NCBI GenBank assembly: GCA_041305385.1
Contig: JBFYLO010000053.1
Coordinates: 265-64,264, forward strand
Origin: Candidatus Micrarchaeota archaeon
GTDB lineage: Archaea > Micrarchaeota > Micrarchaeia > Burarchaeales > JAKAKT01
Direction: 5' to 3'
Length of the DNA stretch: 64,000 nucleotides
Shown: one piece after another, positions 44,486-54,637 of the stretch
Layout of the letters: each line of letters starts with the position of its first letter
Position numbering within the stretch: the first letter of the stretch is position 1
Made by a program: the position numbers and the translations under genes
The notes under the pieces: generated by a model
Database searches by the model: none
Told to the model about the DNA's origin: nothing
What the model saw: the letters and a program-made list of their open reading frames with translations, nothing else

Positions 44486-45523
44486 TTGGAGCAAAGTGAC
44501 TATAATCGAATGATGGATGGCGAAATCCGCCATTACAACGATCTCTACAAGTCTGAAGAGAACAAGGAAAAGCTGTTGTACGACACTCCGAAGATTTGGA
44601 ATGAAGTTGAGGTATTCGTTTCAAAAAAAATACGCGAAACCACCGGCCATTTGGGATTCATAGAGTACTGCGTAGATTTCTCCAACCAAAGACGGAGGCC
44701 ACCCAAAATCCTATCTCTTGGAGCAGGTCCTTGTCCAATGGAATTAAACAACATCCTCCCAAAGATTAGCAAGGAATCCGAGCTCGTGGCTTTGGATATA
44801 AACGAGGAAACGTTGAAAATGGCGGAAAAAAGGGCCAAGAAGGACAAGATACCATTTGAATATATGGTTCAAGACGTAAACAAGCTTTCTCTTCAGGAGA
44901 ATGAATTCGACTTAATAATCTGTTACGCGTCCCTCCACCATTTCTTGGAACTCGACCACATAACCTGGGAGATAAACAAAGCGCTCAAAAAAGACGGCGA
45001 ATTCGTTACCGTCGACATATGTAGCAGAAACGGCTATCTGCTCTGGGAAGACAACAAGGAGGTAATAAATAAGATTTTTTCACTGCTCCCAGAGCGATAC
45101 AGGTACAATTACTACGAAAAGCGCGTTGACAGCGTTTTTCCAGACAAGGATTACTCGATAAACAGCTTTGAATGCGTCAACAGCGAGGCAATAATCCCGG
45201 CGTTGGATTCAAACCTAGAAAGAAAACACTTCATCCCAATGACCTGTATCTCCCGCAGGTTCTTCGATCACATGTACGGGTTTAACTTTGACATGGAGCG
45301 TGCGTTTGACAAAAGTTTTGTCGAATTCATCTTGAATCTCGATGATGAGTGCATACGGACTGGCAGATTGAAGCCAGAGACATTTTTTGGCGCCTACACA
45401 AAAAAGATTTTGACCGGAGAGACCGCACAGCCCGCGGCTTCAAGCACAGTTCCTGAGCCTAAAAAGAACGCAGGCGGTTTCTTCAACCGGGCTTATCGCA
45501 AAATCAAATCCCTGTATTTTTGA
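44486..45523 (+). CDS. Class I SAM-dependent methyltransferase
   Basis: 'ILSLGAGP', 'DINE' and 'ASLHHF'. Confidence 0.88.
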   Translation: MEQSDYNRMMDGEIRHYNDLYKSEENKEKLLYDTPKIWNEVEVFVSKKIRETTGHLGFIEYCVDFSNQRRRPPKILSLGAGPCPMELNNILPKISKESELVALDINEETLKMAEKRAKKDKIPFEYMVQDVNKLSLQENEFDLIICYASLHHFLELDHITWEINKALKKDGEFVTVDICSRNGYLLWEDNKEVINKIFSLLPERYRYNYYEKRVDSVFPDKDYSINSFECVNSEAIIPALDSNLERKHFIPMTCISRRFFDHMYGFNFDMERAFDKSFVEFILNLDDECIRTGRLKPETFFGAYTKKILTGETAQPAASSTVPEPKKNAGGFFNRAYRKIKSLYF

Positions 45524-45629
45524 GCCGTGTGTTAGGGAACGATTTACAATAACCCCGGAAGTCCGATGTGTTTATATGGCTTTTTCCACATTGATTCTTA
45601 CAACTCCGTGAATCTTAACTTTAAAGGAA

Positions 45630-46334
45630 GTGTTTGAAATGGCGGAATTTTTCCTTACCAAACTCTTTGAAATAGGGAGTCCGACAGACGTCTTCACCAT
45701 ATGGGACGTCTTTGCCGCGCTTTCCCTCAGCTTCATACTCAGCCTCATAATTGCGAAGACTTATCAAAATACCCACAGGGGCGTTTCTTATTCCCAATCC
45801 TTTGTTCATACTCTCGTTATAGTTGGCGTCGTGGTTTCCGGAATCATGCTCATTGTCGGGAGCAATATAGCCAGGGCATTTACGCTCCTTGGAGCCCTGT
45901 CGATTGTCCGGTTCAGGAATGCAATCAAGGACACCCGTGATGTGGGGTTCATCTTTTTCGTGATGGCGGTCGGGATGGCCTGCGGCACGAAGTTCTACCT
46001 CATGGCAATCATAATGGCCCTGTCGATTTCCGTCATGGTAATCCTGATGACTCGCTACAACTTCGGCTCCAAGAAAGTTTCCGAGGATCTGCTCAAGATT
46101 CATCTTCCCTCCGAAGCTGAGTACGAAAGCGTCCTGAAGCCAGTCTTTGATAAATACTTAGACTCCTATTCCCTGGTTAGTATAGATGGGATAGACGGGA
46201 AAACAAGCGAGCTCTCTTTCGTGGTCGCTTTCAAAAGTAAGGGACAAGTGAACGCATTCATAGAAGCCTTGAAGAAGATTAATTCGAACAAGAAGGTCCA
46301 AGTCATCCACGGGGAACACACGATAGACGTGTGA
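45630..46334 (+). CDS. DUF4956 family membrane protein (usually VTC-associated)
   Basis: 'SYSQSF..TL', 'SNIARAF.L.GALSIVRFR.A.KD.RD..FIF..M..G.ACG'. Confidence 0.93.
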   Translation: MFEMAEFFLTKLFEIGSPTDVFTIWDVFAALSLSFILSLIIAKTYQNTHRGVSYSQSFVHTLVIVGVVVSGIMLIVGSNIARAFTLLGALSIVRFRNAIKDTRDVGFIFFVMAVGMACGTKFYLMAIIMALSISVMVILMTRYNFGSKKVSEDLLKIHLPSEAEYESVLKPVFDKYLDSYSLVSIDGIDGKTSELSFVVAFKSKGQVNAFIEALKKINSNKKVQVIHGEHTIDV

Positions 46335-46403
46335 GGCTCGTTTCATCCTCGTGCATCAGGTGGTCTTAGCCCAATTTCGCAGGTGCTGCAGGGTGGATAA
46401 TTT

Positions 46404-47099
46404 ATGCGTAAAATAGACGAAACCCTCGGCAGGCAATTCTTCTTCCTGCTCTTTTTATTCCTTGCCACCGTATCGCTTGCCCTGGTTGTCTTACTGGTTT
46501 TCTCAAATCCTATTGATATGTGGAACTACTGGACCCACCAGAGCGCCTCGCTGGACTACTACGAATACGGAGACTTCAATAACGCCTTTAAGTATGCGCT
46601 CCTAGCTAAGGAATTCAAACCGAGCGACAAGTTCATGGACGAGGTTCTCCTATTCTCGCACTACAAGAACACGTCACTAAAGCTGCCGCAGGATGTCCTG
46701 CCGCAAGAAAAAGACATAATTTACGGGCAGGGCTGGTCTTGGTCCAAGGGGGATTCAGTAGTTGGCAAGAGCTTCTACTGGACCGACCCCTATTCCATGC
46801 TCCTGGTGAAGGACCTCTCACCATGCCAGGAAATAAAGATTCAATTCCAAAACCCCCTCCCGAACCAGAAGCTTACAGTGATTCTCTTGAATGAAACTTA
46901 CGTCTATTACTACCCAGACAAGGGCTTCTTCGACCTTACCTTGATCAAGAACTCCCCTAGCAAAGAAGACTTCTTCCTGGTCGAGCTCTCAACAGGGAAA
47001 TACCGCACATGCTCCGAGGACCCGGATTCCGAATGCTTAACCCGCGGAATAAGAGTGATTAGCGTAGGCACGCGCGCCTGCAAGGGTGCAAACAAATGA
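46404..47099 (+). CDS. Membrane-anchored hypothetical protein with a possible beta-sandwich extracellular domain
   Basis: N-terminal TM helix; aromatic-rich C-terminal region ('GQGWS', 'FYWT'). Confidence 0.7.
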   Translation: MRKIDETLGRQFFFLLFLFLATVSLALVVLLVFSNPIDMWNYWTHQSASLDYYEYGDFNNAFKYALLAKEFKPSDKFMDEVLLFSHYKNTSLKLPQDVLPQEKDIIYGQGWSWSKGDSVVGKSFYWTDPYSMLLVKDLSPCQEIKIQFQNPLPNQKLTVILLNETYVYYYPDKGFFDLTLIKNSPSKEDFFLVELSTGKYRTCSEDPDSECLTRGIRVISVGTRACKGANK

Positions 47100-49699
47100 T
47101 AAAAAACAGAAAAAATACTTGGCTCCTTGCATTCCTGGCAGCAGTGCTCCTGGCGTTGTTCCTCTTTAATTTTATTGATTACAACTTCTCAAAGATTTAT
47201 CCGAACATACAAGCCCTCAGGCAGTACGAATCCGGCAAGATTGGTTTTACAGATTTTCTGGGCAAAGTGAACATGCCCGTTAGGGAGTTCCCCGATTACT
47301 TCATCTCAATCTACAACTCCCTGACAGCCTCGAACGAGTTTGCGAGGACCAATCTCCCAATCTACCAAGTCTACACCAAAGGCGAAAACCTGGATGAGCT
47401 GAACTCCAACTTGCCCTGGTCAGGGGAGGACACCAAAAAAGCCACAATTGTTCTTCCTGACGGCACTGTCTGCGATGCTAAACTACGCTATCGCGGCGAG
47501 CTCTTCTGGCACTGGTGGTATCCCCAAAAGTCTCTTAGGATAAAGTTTGAAAAAGGCGCTTGCGACAACAACATGTCAAGCACAGTCAACCTGCTCAATC
47601 CCAAAACAATGATAACCATAGACCAGGCCCTTTCAGCCTATATCGGAAGGGAGATGGGCCTGCTCTCCCCCGAGGATTACTTCGTCGACGTATACATAAA
47701 CGGAGATTACATGGGCGCCTATGAGTTCCTCTCCCAGACCAACGAGCAGTTCCTGAGGAAAAGCGGCCGCCTTCCAGGGAATTACTACGACGGAGAGAAC
47801 TACTCCCAGCCCCACAGGATATTCCAGAAGCCTGACAGCTGGACCAAAGCAGCTACGAATAACCAATTTCCAGAGAACGACACGCGCGACATCAGGCACC
47901 TCTTATCTCTCGTTAACAGCAATTATTCAAATGAACTGGTCGATTTCATAGACTTGGATAAATTCCTCAAATACTACTCCCACAGCCAGATTTTCGGGTA
48001 TTTCCACGCAGGTGGCTACCACAACCACAAGTTCTATTTCGACCCCTCCAGCGGGAAGTTCGAGCCAACGGTTTGGGACACAACAAGCAACAGTATGTTC
48101 ACTTTCAAGCTCGGCGTCGATTTTATCCCGAACCACTTCTATTACACACTCTTTACCAACCCGAAAATAGTTTCAAAGAAGAACGAATATCTCTACAGTT
48201 ACGTCACCAATGACACTTTCTTTGGGCTTTTTGAGGATTATTTTGAGGAGCAATATGGAAGTCTCTATCCATCGCTTCTCAAGGACAAGCTGAAGGACTA
48301 CAACACCCTCACTGGCAACCGACCATACTCAATGAGCTTCTTTGACGAGCAGTACACGGTGATGCTCGACTACTACCGGATAAGGCAGGACTTCATAAAA
48401 CACAGGCTTTCAGAGGACAGTGACATTTATGTTTTCAGGGACCAGAAAGACCTCAAAATCATAGTCTTTGGCGAGACTACAGTTGACGCAAACTGCACTG
48501 CCCCGTTCGTGCCAGTTCTCGATTCCGAGAACATCACCATCTCCCCCTCCACTTACTTCGAACTTTTCCCAGGGAGGAAAAACAAGCCAAATGAATTTGG
48601 CAATAGCTACGATGACTATGACATGGCCGTAAGCGGCCTGGAGTATACATTTAACGCACCTGGAGAGGCTTCCTGCCGATTCTACAACGCCCTCACAGGG
48701 AACGAAATAGAACCCTCTTTTGTGGAGACTTCTGCCATATGGGAGAAGCTCTCGAAAAAACTTACAGGTGAAACGGTCTCCATTCACCCCTGGCGCCTAC
48801 CGCAGGATCCGCCCCCAAGGCACCTGGTCTTCGGGCCCGAAGAGTACGAGATAAACGAGACAATCTTCTTAACGGAGTGCGATACCATACTCATAGAACC
48901 CGGGGCGAAGTTACTTTTCCATGAGAATGCATCGATAATAACCTACGGCAACATAACTGCAAGCGGGACGAGCGAGAGCCCCATAATATTTACCGCAAAG
49001 AACAAGGAAAAACCCTGGGGAGTAATAGCGCTGCAGGGTCAAAAAGCCTACGGAGTTTTCAAGCACTGCATTTTTGAATTCGGAAGCCAGACCTACTTCA
49101 AGTGGGTCTGGTACACCGGCTCGCTCTCCGTCTACAACTCTCATGCCAAGGTTTCCTATTCGATTTTTAGGGACAACCGAATCTCGGACGACATGCTTAA
49201 CGCCAAACGGGCGGATTTCTCCATAGACAACTCGCTCTTCAACAATTCTTTCGGAGATGCAATTGACTTCGACTTTATTGACGGCTTGGTTGAAGACAAC
49301 ACCTTCCTGTTCTCAGGCAACGATGCCGTTGACCTGATGGGCTCAAGGGCGATAATCCGGAACAACTACATGTATGGCTCTGGAGACAAGGGAATTTCAG
49401 TTGGCGAGCAGAGCTCTCCGTACATCTATAAGAACAGGATGGAGAACTGCTCCATAGGAATCGAGATAAAGGACGCGTCCGACCCAGTCATAAACGCGAC
49501 TACGATAACAAAAAACGGAATCGGGATAAATGCTTACCATAAGACAATGTATTACGATTACGGCGGAAGGGGTCTTCTCGTGGATTCAATAGTCTGCGAC
49601 AATGGGGTAAATCTAAAGATGGACGACAAATCTTTCCTCAAAATCTATCCAGATTTAATATGTGATTCCAAAAACTGCATTGAGGGGCTTTGCAAATGA
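47096..49699 (+). CDS. Exported CotH-family kinase fused to a right-handed beta-helix domain
   Basis: N-terminal TM helix; 'LRYRG', 'K.SLRIK', 'V.ING.Y.G.Y...Q', 'FY..P....FEP..WD'; C-terminal 'DAIDFD', 'GDKGIS.GE.S' and 'IGIEIKD.S' repeats. Confidence 0.87.
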   Translation: MIKNRKNTWLLAFLAAVLLALFLFNFIDYNFSKIYPNIQALRQYESGKIGFTDFLGKVNMPVREFPDYFISIYNSLTASNEFARTNLPIYQVYTKGENLDELNSNLPWSGEDTKKATIVLPDGTVCDAKLRYRGELFWHWWYPQKSLRIKFEKGACDNNMSSTVNLLNPKTMITIDQALSAYIGREMGLLSPEDYFVDVYINGDYMGAYEFLSQTNEQFLRKSGRLPGNYYDGENYSQPHRIFQKPDSWTKAATNNQFPENDTRDIRHLLSLVNSNYSNELVDFIDLDKFLKYYSHSQIFGYFHAGGYHNHKFYFDPSSGKFEPTVWDTTSNSMFTFKLGVDFIPNHFYYTLFTNPKIVSKKNEYLYSYVTNDTFFGLFEDYFEEQYGSLYPSLLKDKLKDYNTLTGNRPYSMSFFDEQYTVMLDYYRIRQDFIKHRLSEDSDIYVFRDQKDLKIIVFGETTVDANCTAPFVPVLDSENITISPSTYFELFPGRKNKPNEFGNSYDDYDMAVSGLEYTFNAPGEASCRFYNALTGNEIEPSFVETSAIWEKLSKKLTGETVSIHPWRLPQDPPPRHLVFGPEEYEINETIFLTECDTILIEPGAKLLFHENASIITYGNITASGTSESPIIFTAKNKEKPWGVIALQGQKAYGVFKHCIFEFGSQTYFKWVWYTGSLSVYNSHAKVSYSIFRDNRISDDMLNAKRADFSIDNSLFNNSFGDAIDFDFIDGLVEDNTFLFSGNDAVDLMGSRAIIRNNYMYGSGDKGISVGEQSSPYIYKNRMENCSIGIEIKDASDPVINATTITKNGIGINAYHKTMYYDYGGRGLLVDSIVCDNGVNLKMDDKSFLKIYPDLICDSKNCIEGLCK

Positions 49700-50424
49700 T
49701 TAGGCAATACTTCAATCGTTATGAATTCAAGTACATAATCGATGTAGCTACTAGGGACAAGATAATCGCCGAGATTTCGCCGTTCTGCAAGTTCGACGAT
49801 TATGCGCTGAAGAACAGGGGCTACAGAGTTTCCAGCCTCTATTTCGACTCAGACAACCTCCACAGCTATTTCGAAAAGATTGATGGGGAGCGTTTGAGGC
49901 GCAAGCTCAGGATTCGCGCCTATCCTGGTTCCGGGAGCGAAAACTGTTTCATAGAGATAAAGCAGAAGAACGTTAACAACGTGGTAAAAAGGAGGCTTGG
50001 CCTTCCCATAGCCCAGGCTTATTCCGCCCTGGCCAACCCAGACACGGAGTCTGACTTTTTCCAGGGACTGAAGGAATACGACAGGCAGGTCCTTTCCGAA
50101 GTCTGGTATATGGCTGAACTCTATGGACTAAAGCCCAAGATAGTGGTCAGCTACATGCGAATGCCTTTCGAGGGAGCTTTTGAACGCCGCTTCAGGCTGA
50201 CCTTCGACTCTAATCTTCAATGCAGGAAAACGAACCTCCGCGCAGAGGAAAAAGGGTTAAACAAGAACATCCTGAACCCGAGGCTGGTCGTCATGGAAGT
50301 CAAGTTCAACAGCTTTGTCCCGTTCTGGATGGTGAACATCCTCAACAAATACAACTGCTCTTTGAATAAACTATCGAAATATTGCAGCGGCGTTGATAGG
50401 TTAGGTATAATCGGGTCTTTATGA
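49690..50424 (+). CDS. VTC (polyphosphate polymerase) domain protein
   Basis: 'RYEFKY', 'Y.V.SLYFD', 'R.KLRIR.Y', 'EIKQK', 'Y.R..F', 'RLTFD', 'VMEVKF' and 'SKYC'. Confidence 0.93.
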   Translation: MQMIRQYFNRYEFKYIIDVATRDKIIAEISPFCKFDDYALKNRGYRVSSLYFDSDNLHSYFEKIDGERLRRKLRIRAYPGSGSENCFIEIKQKNVNNVVKRRLGLPIAQAYSALANPDTESDFFQGLKEYDRQVLSEVWYMAELYGLKPKIVVSYMRMPFEGAFERRFRLTFDSNLQCRKTNLRAEEKGLNKNILNPRLVVMEVKFNSFVPFWMVNILNKYNCSLNKLSKYCSGVDRLGIIGSL

Positions 50425-51327
50425 AGGCTCGATGGCGATTGTCTCCACCTTTAGCGCGTCCTCACCTACGGAAACGACTATGTAATCGATTTCGTTGGCT
50501 CCTCTTTTAGTGCTGTTCTCAATCGGAAGCCCACTTGCATAATATGCCACGCCCCCGTACTCAAAATAGTCGTGAGATATCTCAGGCACTTGGTCCCCCG
50601 CAAAAACAAGGGTTTTGTTTTTCACGAAGAGCGGATGCATGTTCTGAAACCAGTAATTGCTCTTATTCTGGTCTATGAACTTGAAATGTCCCAGTGCAAC
50701 GAAATAGTAATCAAAATTATCTCCCTGCAAACTCCTTTTCAAAAATTCCATCTGTTCCCCGCTTATGTCCCCGCCTGCCCAGCAATCCTTAAAGGCATCC
50801 CTCTCGGAAGCGCCAACAGTATCCAGCACAATAAATCTAATTTTTTTGTTTACAGTGTTCACATCGTAAGTCCGATAAGCCTGTCCTGCAGAGCCCCAAT
50901 GCTCGATGAAGCTCTCCCTTTGCACATCAGAACAATAGTCATGGTTGCCTGGGGCAATAAGAATGGGGATGCCCCCGACATAACTTCTGACCTTTTGTTC
51001 AAAGAAGTTCCATTCGTTATCCTGAAGTTCCCTCTTCGTTCTCATCCCCAATATGGTATCCCCCGCCAAAAGAAGAAGTGAGACATTTTTTTCCTTAAGG
51101 TTTCTCAGAATGGTCTCAAATCCCGGGTGCAAGCGCCCAATCTCGTTTGGCCTGGTATGGCCAACGAAAGCAAATGTGAACTCTTTGGCGTTAGTGGTCG
51201 ACTTATTTGGTTCGGGTCCAGTTTGAAAAATGAAATACAAACCTATCAGAAATAAAGCCAAAACTGGCAGGCCCCACTTCTTTACTAAATCCACGACTTC
51301 CATACGCTCAATATCTGGCCACCCCAT
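50419..51327 (-). CDS. Membrane-anchored calcineurin-like metallophosphoesterase
   Basis: N-terminal TM helix, 'AGDT', 'PGNHD' and 'GH'. Confidence 0.85.
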   Translation of the reverse strand: MGWPDIERMEVVDLVKKWGLPVLALFLIGLYFIFQTGPEPNKSTTNAKEFTFAFVGHTRPNEIGRLHPGFETILRNLKEKNVSLLLLAGDTILGMRTKRELQDNEWNFFEQKVRSYVGGIPILIAPGNHDYCSDVQRESFIEHWGSAGQAYRTYDVNTVNKKIRFIVLDTVGASERDAFKDCWAGGDISGEQMEFLKRSLQGDNFDYYFVALGHFKFIDQNKSNYWFQNMHPLFVKNKTLVFAGDQVPEISHDYFEYGGVAYYASGLPIENSTKRGANEIDYIVVSVGEDALKVETIAIEPS

Positions 51328-51464
51328 ATCATAAATTTATCGTTCTTAATCCATCAGGTCGAAATAGCTAAATGATCACTTTAAGTTGAAAGGCAAAGGT
51401 GTCGATACGGCGGGAGCATTGTACAAATACGTATTAATAAATCCCCCATGTTTTAATTGATAGC

Positions 51465-53249
51465 ATGCTATTCGCAACCATCGGTCTCTTGGTTTTTTGT
51501 CTATCCCCAGGCGCGTTTCTTTCTGCAAAGCTCCTCCCAGAAAAAAAGTCCCTTTCGGAATACCTGGCGCTTTCAATACTGATTTCAGCTTCATTCAATT
51601 ATTCGATCATGTTCGGTCTCGGTCTTTTCAAAGCGATTGGCCTTTTTTCAGTTCTCACAATCGAACTCCTCTCCCTCTTAGCATTGCTTTTTCTTCGCAA
51701 AATAAGCATTCCAAGCTTTGGCTCTGCCCCGTTTATCCCGAAAATTTCGAAAGCAGAAGCAGTCATCTGTTCCCTCATTGCAGTCATACTTGCATTTCAA
51801 TTCATAAATATGGCCTTCTTTCCATTCTTCGCATATGACTCCGTGAGAAGCTACAACGAGTGGGCAAAAGAAATTTACCGTAATGGCGCCATACCTGTCG
51901 GCTATCCGCCTTTCACCCAGACCACATATGCGTTTATCTACCTGTTTGATTCCCCAGCTTCTGAAAATTTCGCCCACCTACTCTCTTTCCCGTTTTTGCT
52001 CATGTCACTCTTCTATCTGTACCTACTTGGGAGAAAATCCGGCGGGATAGGCATCATTCCAGTAGCTCTTTTGATAATGACTCCCTGGTTCCTGCCTGTC
52101 TCCAACTCCGGCTACTCAGATATCTTCTCGCTTGCCTTCGTTCTCTCTTCATGCTACTATCTCCTAAAATCATCTTCAGATAGGACGCTTTCATCTGCAT
52201 TCCTCTCAGGACTTTTCGGAGGAATGGCAGCCAGCACCAAGCTCTATTCACCATATCTCATTCTCATGCTTCCTGCTTCCTTCTTTATCTTCTCAGTACT
52301 CAGAAATCCTTCGAGAGAGAGATTGATGCAACTTTTAGTCTTGGGGATAACGGTTTTTCTGATTGGCTCCCACTGGGAGATTAGAAACATTGCCTTAGGT
52401 AGCACCTACGTGCAGAAAACTTTTTTCAGCCACAGTATTGACCCTGCAGACACTGTCCTTCTTTGGGGTCCAGAAAGGGCCACCGATTATCTGGCCCGGC
52501 CTGGTTGGGCTCTGAACTCTTTTCTAGAAAGCACTCCCCCGCAGATTTCAATCCCGGTAATTCTAGGAGTGGCATTTGCCTTTTACTTGGTTCTCGTGAA
52601 AAGAGGCCCCGTGGCAGCACCACTTCTCTTAGGCCTAGGTTTCCTCCCCATTTGGTTCTTCTTTCTCTCATTCGATATAAGGCACCTACTCATAGTTTAT
52701 CCGCTTTTCCTAGTGGCATCATCAATACTTCTGAAAGAGGCATGGGACAAGATACGCAGACCAGTTCTCATTCTCGTATTGGTCTCTCTTCTCCTACTCC
52801 CGCCGTTTTTTGATGCATTGGGCTCTTCCGCGATAGGCAGTACTAGAAGTTCGCTCCAATTTCCCTCCCACTCCTATTCAATAAACCACCTCTTCGATTC
52901 CGATGAAGGGAAACGTGCGGCAGTTTTCGGAGATTTTTATAACATCGTCATTTTCATCAAATCCAACGAAGAGATACGGGGCGCCACACTGCATACTATT
53001 GACTCGAGAATCAAGAGCTATCTTGAGGGCGTGAAATTCGACAAGGAAGATGCTGACTATCTAGTCTTCTCCAAAGACTTGGCATTTAAGAAGTGGGATA
53101 AGCCTTCCTGGATCGGTACGGACGTCGAAGATGATCTTAGGGGAAACAGGAGCCGGTTCTTTTCGACAGTTTACTCGAGTGGCACATACCGTCTTTTAAA
53201 AATAGATAAAGAAGCAGTTGAAACCTATATGCGTGATCGGAATGCGTAA
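51465..53249 (+). CDS. GT-C type (PMT/ArnT-like) membrane glycosyltransferase
   Basis: Many TM helices; 'YDS...Y', 'YPP', 'G.SD', 'A..TK' and 'R.L...P'. Confidence 0.75.
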   Translation: MLFATIGLLVFCLSPGAFLSAKLLPEKKSLSEYLALSILISASFNYSIMFGLGLFKAIGLFSVLTIELLSLLALLFLRKISIPSFGSAPFIPKISKAEAVICSLIAVILAFQFINMAFFPFFAYDSVRSYNEWAKEIYRNGAIPVGYPPFTQTTYAFIYLFDSPASENFAHLLSFPFLLMSLFYLYLLGRKSGGIGIIPVALLIMTPWFLPVSNSGYSDIFSLAFVLSSCYYLLKSSSDRTLSSAFLSGLFGGMAASTKLYSPYLILMLPASFFIFSVLRNPSRERLMQLLVLGITVFLIGSHWEIRNIALGSTYVQKTFFSHSIDPADTVLLWGPERATDYLARPGWALNSFLESTPPQISIPVILGVAFAFYLVLVKRGPVAAPLLLGLGFLPIWFFFLSFDIRHLLIVYPLFLVASSILLKEAWDKIRRPVLILVLVSLLLLPPFFDALGSSAIGSTRSSLQFPSHSYSINHLFDSDEGKRAAVFGDFYNIVIFIKSNEEIRGATLHTIDSRIKSYLEGVKFDKEDADYLVFSKDLAFKKWDKPSWIGTDVEDDLRGNRSRFFSTVYSSGTYRLLKIDKEAVETYMRDRNA

Positions 53250-54636
53250 GAAGATATTGCTCCTAAACCCCCCGGGCGACAAGCTCTACCTTAGGGATAC
53301 CTACTGCAGCGCCGCCTCCAAAGCCAATTACTTCTGGGGCCCAGTAGACCTCATTGTCCAGAGCGGTATTCTTTCGCAGGAGCACGAAGTCCAGGTGCTC
53401 GATGCAAACGTTCTCCAGCTCAGCTTCGAGGAAGCCCACAAACGGGTGCTTGAGGCAAAGCCCGACGCAATAATCTTTCTCATTTCAACACAGTCCAAAA
53501 AAAATGATCTCGCATTTCTGGAAAAAATAAAAGAAGAGATGAAAAACGTAGTTCTCATAGGCTCTGGCAACTTCCTCTATTTTGAAACAAGGAAAAGCCT
53601 GGAAAACTACTCATTCATAGATGCAGTAATCATTGACTTTACTTATAACGATATACTAAAATACCTAAATGGGGACCTCGCTCACGTTGACCATATGGGA
53701 TTCAGGGAAGGAAAACAGATAATCATAAGAAACAGCCTCGGACCCCAGATTTTCGAAATTCCTGTTCCGAGGCACGAGCTCTTCCCTCTGAAATCCTATC
53801 GTCTCCCGCACACCAAGCACAGTTATTTTGCGACGGTTATGGCAAGCCAAGGATGTCCCTTCAAGTGCACATACTGCTATGTCGGCAATATACCCTACCG
53901 GAGGAGGACAGTTGAGAACGTGATGGTTGAACTGCGCCACATTCGTTCCCTTGGCATACGAGAGGTATTCTTCAAGGATTTCGAGTTCCCAGTGTCAAAG
54001 GAGTTCGTGAAAGGTCTCTGCGAGGCGTTGGTTAAAGAGGAGCTTGGGTTCTCTTGGATTTGCCTGGCCCGTGCAACTGATCTGAGCGAAGACGTTGTCG
54101 TTCTAATGAAACGGGCCGGTTGCCACACTATACAGCTTGGTGTCGAAAGCGGCGATGACGAGCTTCTGAAGCGCTATAAAAAAGGCGTTACAACTAGCCA
54201 GATACGAACGGCAGTTGCAATCTGTAAGAAGCACAAAATAAGGCTCCTGACGCACTATATAATCGGGCTCCCGGGGGAAACCGAGAATTCAGCGCTCAAG
54301 ACAATCGCACTGGCAAAGGAGCTTGATACCGATTATGCGTCATTCAACATAGCCATTCCCATAATGGGTTCGAACTTGAGAAAAGAGGCATTGGAAAGGG
54401 GCGTGGTGACGGAGGAGCAGATTGAGGAGATGGATAGCTCTCTTGCGTATCCCGTTATGGAGACTAGCGAACTACCAAAGGAGAAAATATGGGCTCTGCG
54501 CAACAAGGCTATCCAGGAATTTTATCTGCGGCCAAAGTTCATACTGAAAAATCTTTTGGAAATCCGTTCTCCGAAGCAGGCGATAAACCTTTTCCAGGAT
54601 GGATTCAGACTGCTCAAGAGTACCTTCAAAACTTAA
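53242..54636 (+). CDS. B12-binding domain radical SAM protein
   Basis: N-terminal cobalamin-binding-like region; 'SQGCPFKCTYC', 'G.ESG' and 'IIGLPGET'. Confidence 0.92.
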   Translation: MRKKILLLNPPGDKLYLRDTYCSAASKANYFWGPVDLIVQSGILSQEHEVQVLDANVLQLSFEEAHKRVLEAKPDAIIFLISTQSKKNDLAFLEKIKEEMKNVVLIGSGNFLYFETRKSLENYSFIDAVIIDFTYNDILKYLNGDLAHVDHMGFREGKQIIIRNSLGPQIFEIPVPRHELFPLKSYRLPHTKHSYFATVMASQGCPFKCTYCYVGNIPYRRRTVENVMVELRHIRSLGIREVFFKDFEFPVSKEFVKGLCEALVKEELGFSWICLARATDLSEDVVVLMKRAGCHTIQLGVESGDDELLKRYKKGVTTSQIRTAVAICKKHKIRLLTHYIIGLPGETENSALKTIALAKELDTDYASFNIAIPIMGSNLRKEALERGVVTEEQIEEMDSSLAYPVMETSELPKEKIWALRNKAIQEFYLRPKFILKNLLEIRSPKQAINLFQDGFRLLKSTFKT

Positions 54637-54637
54637 C

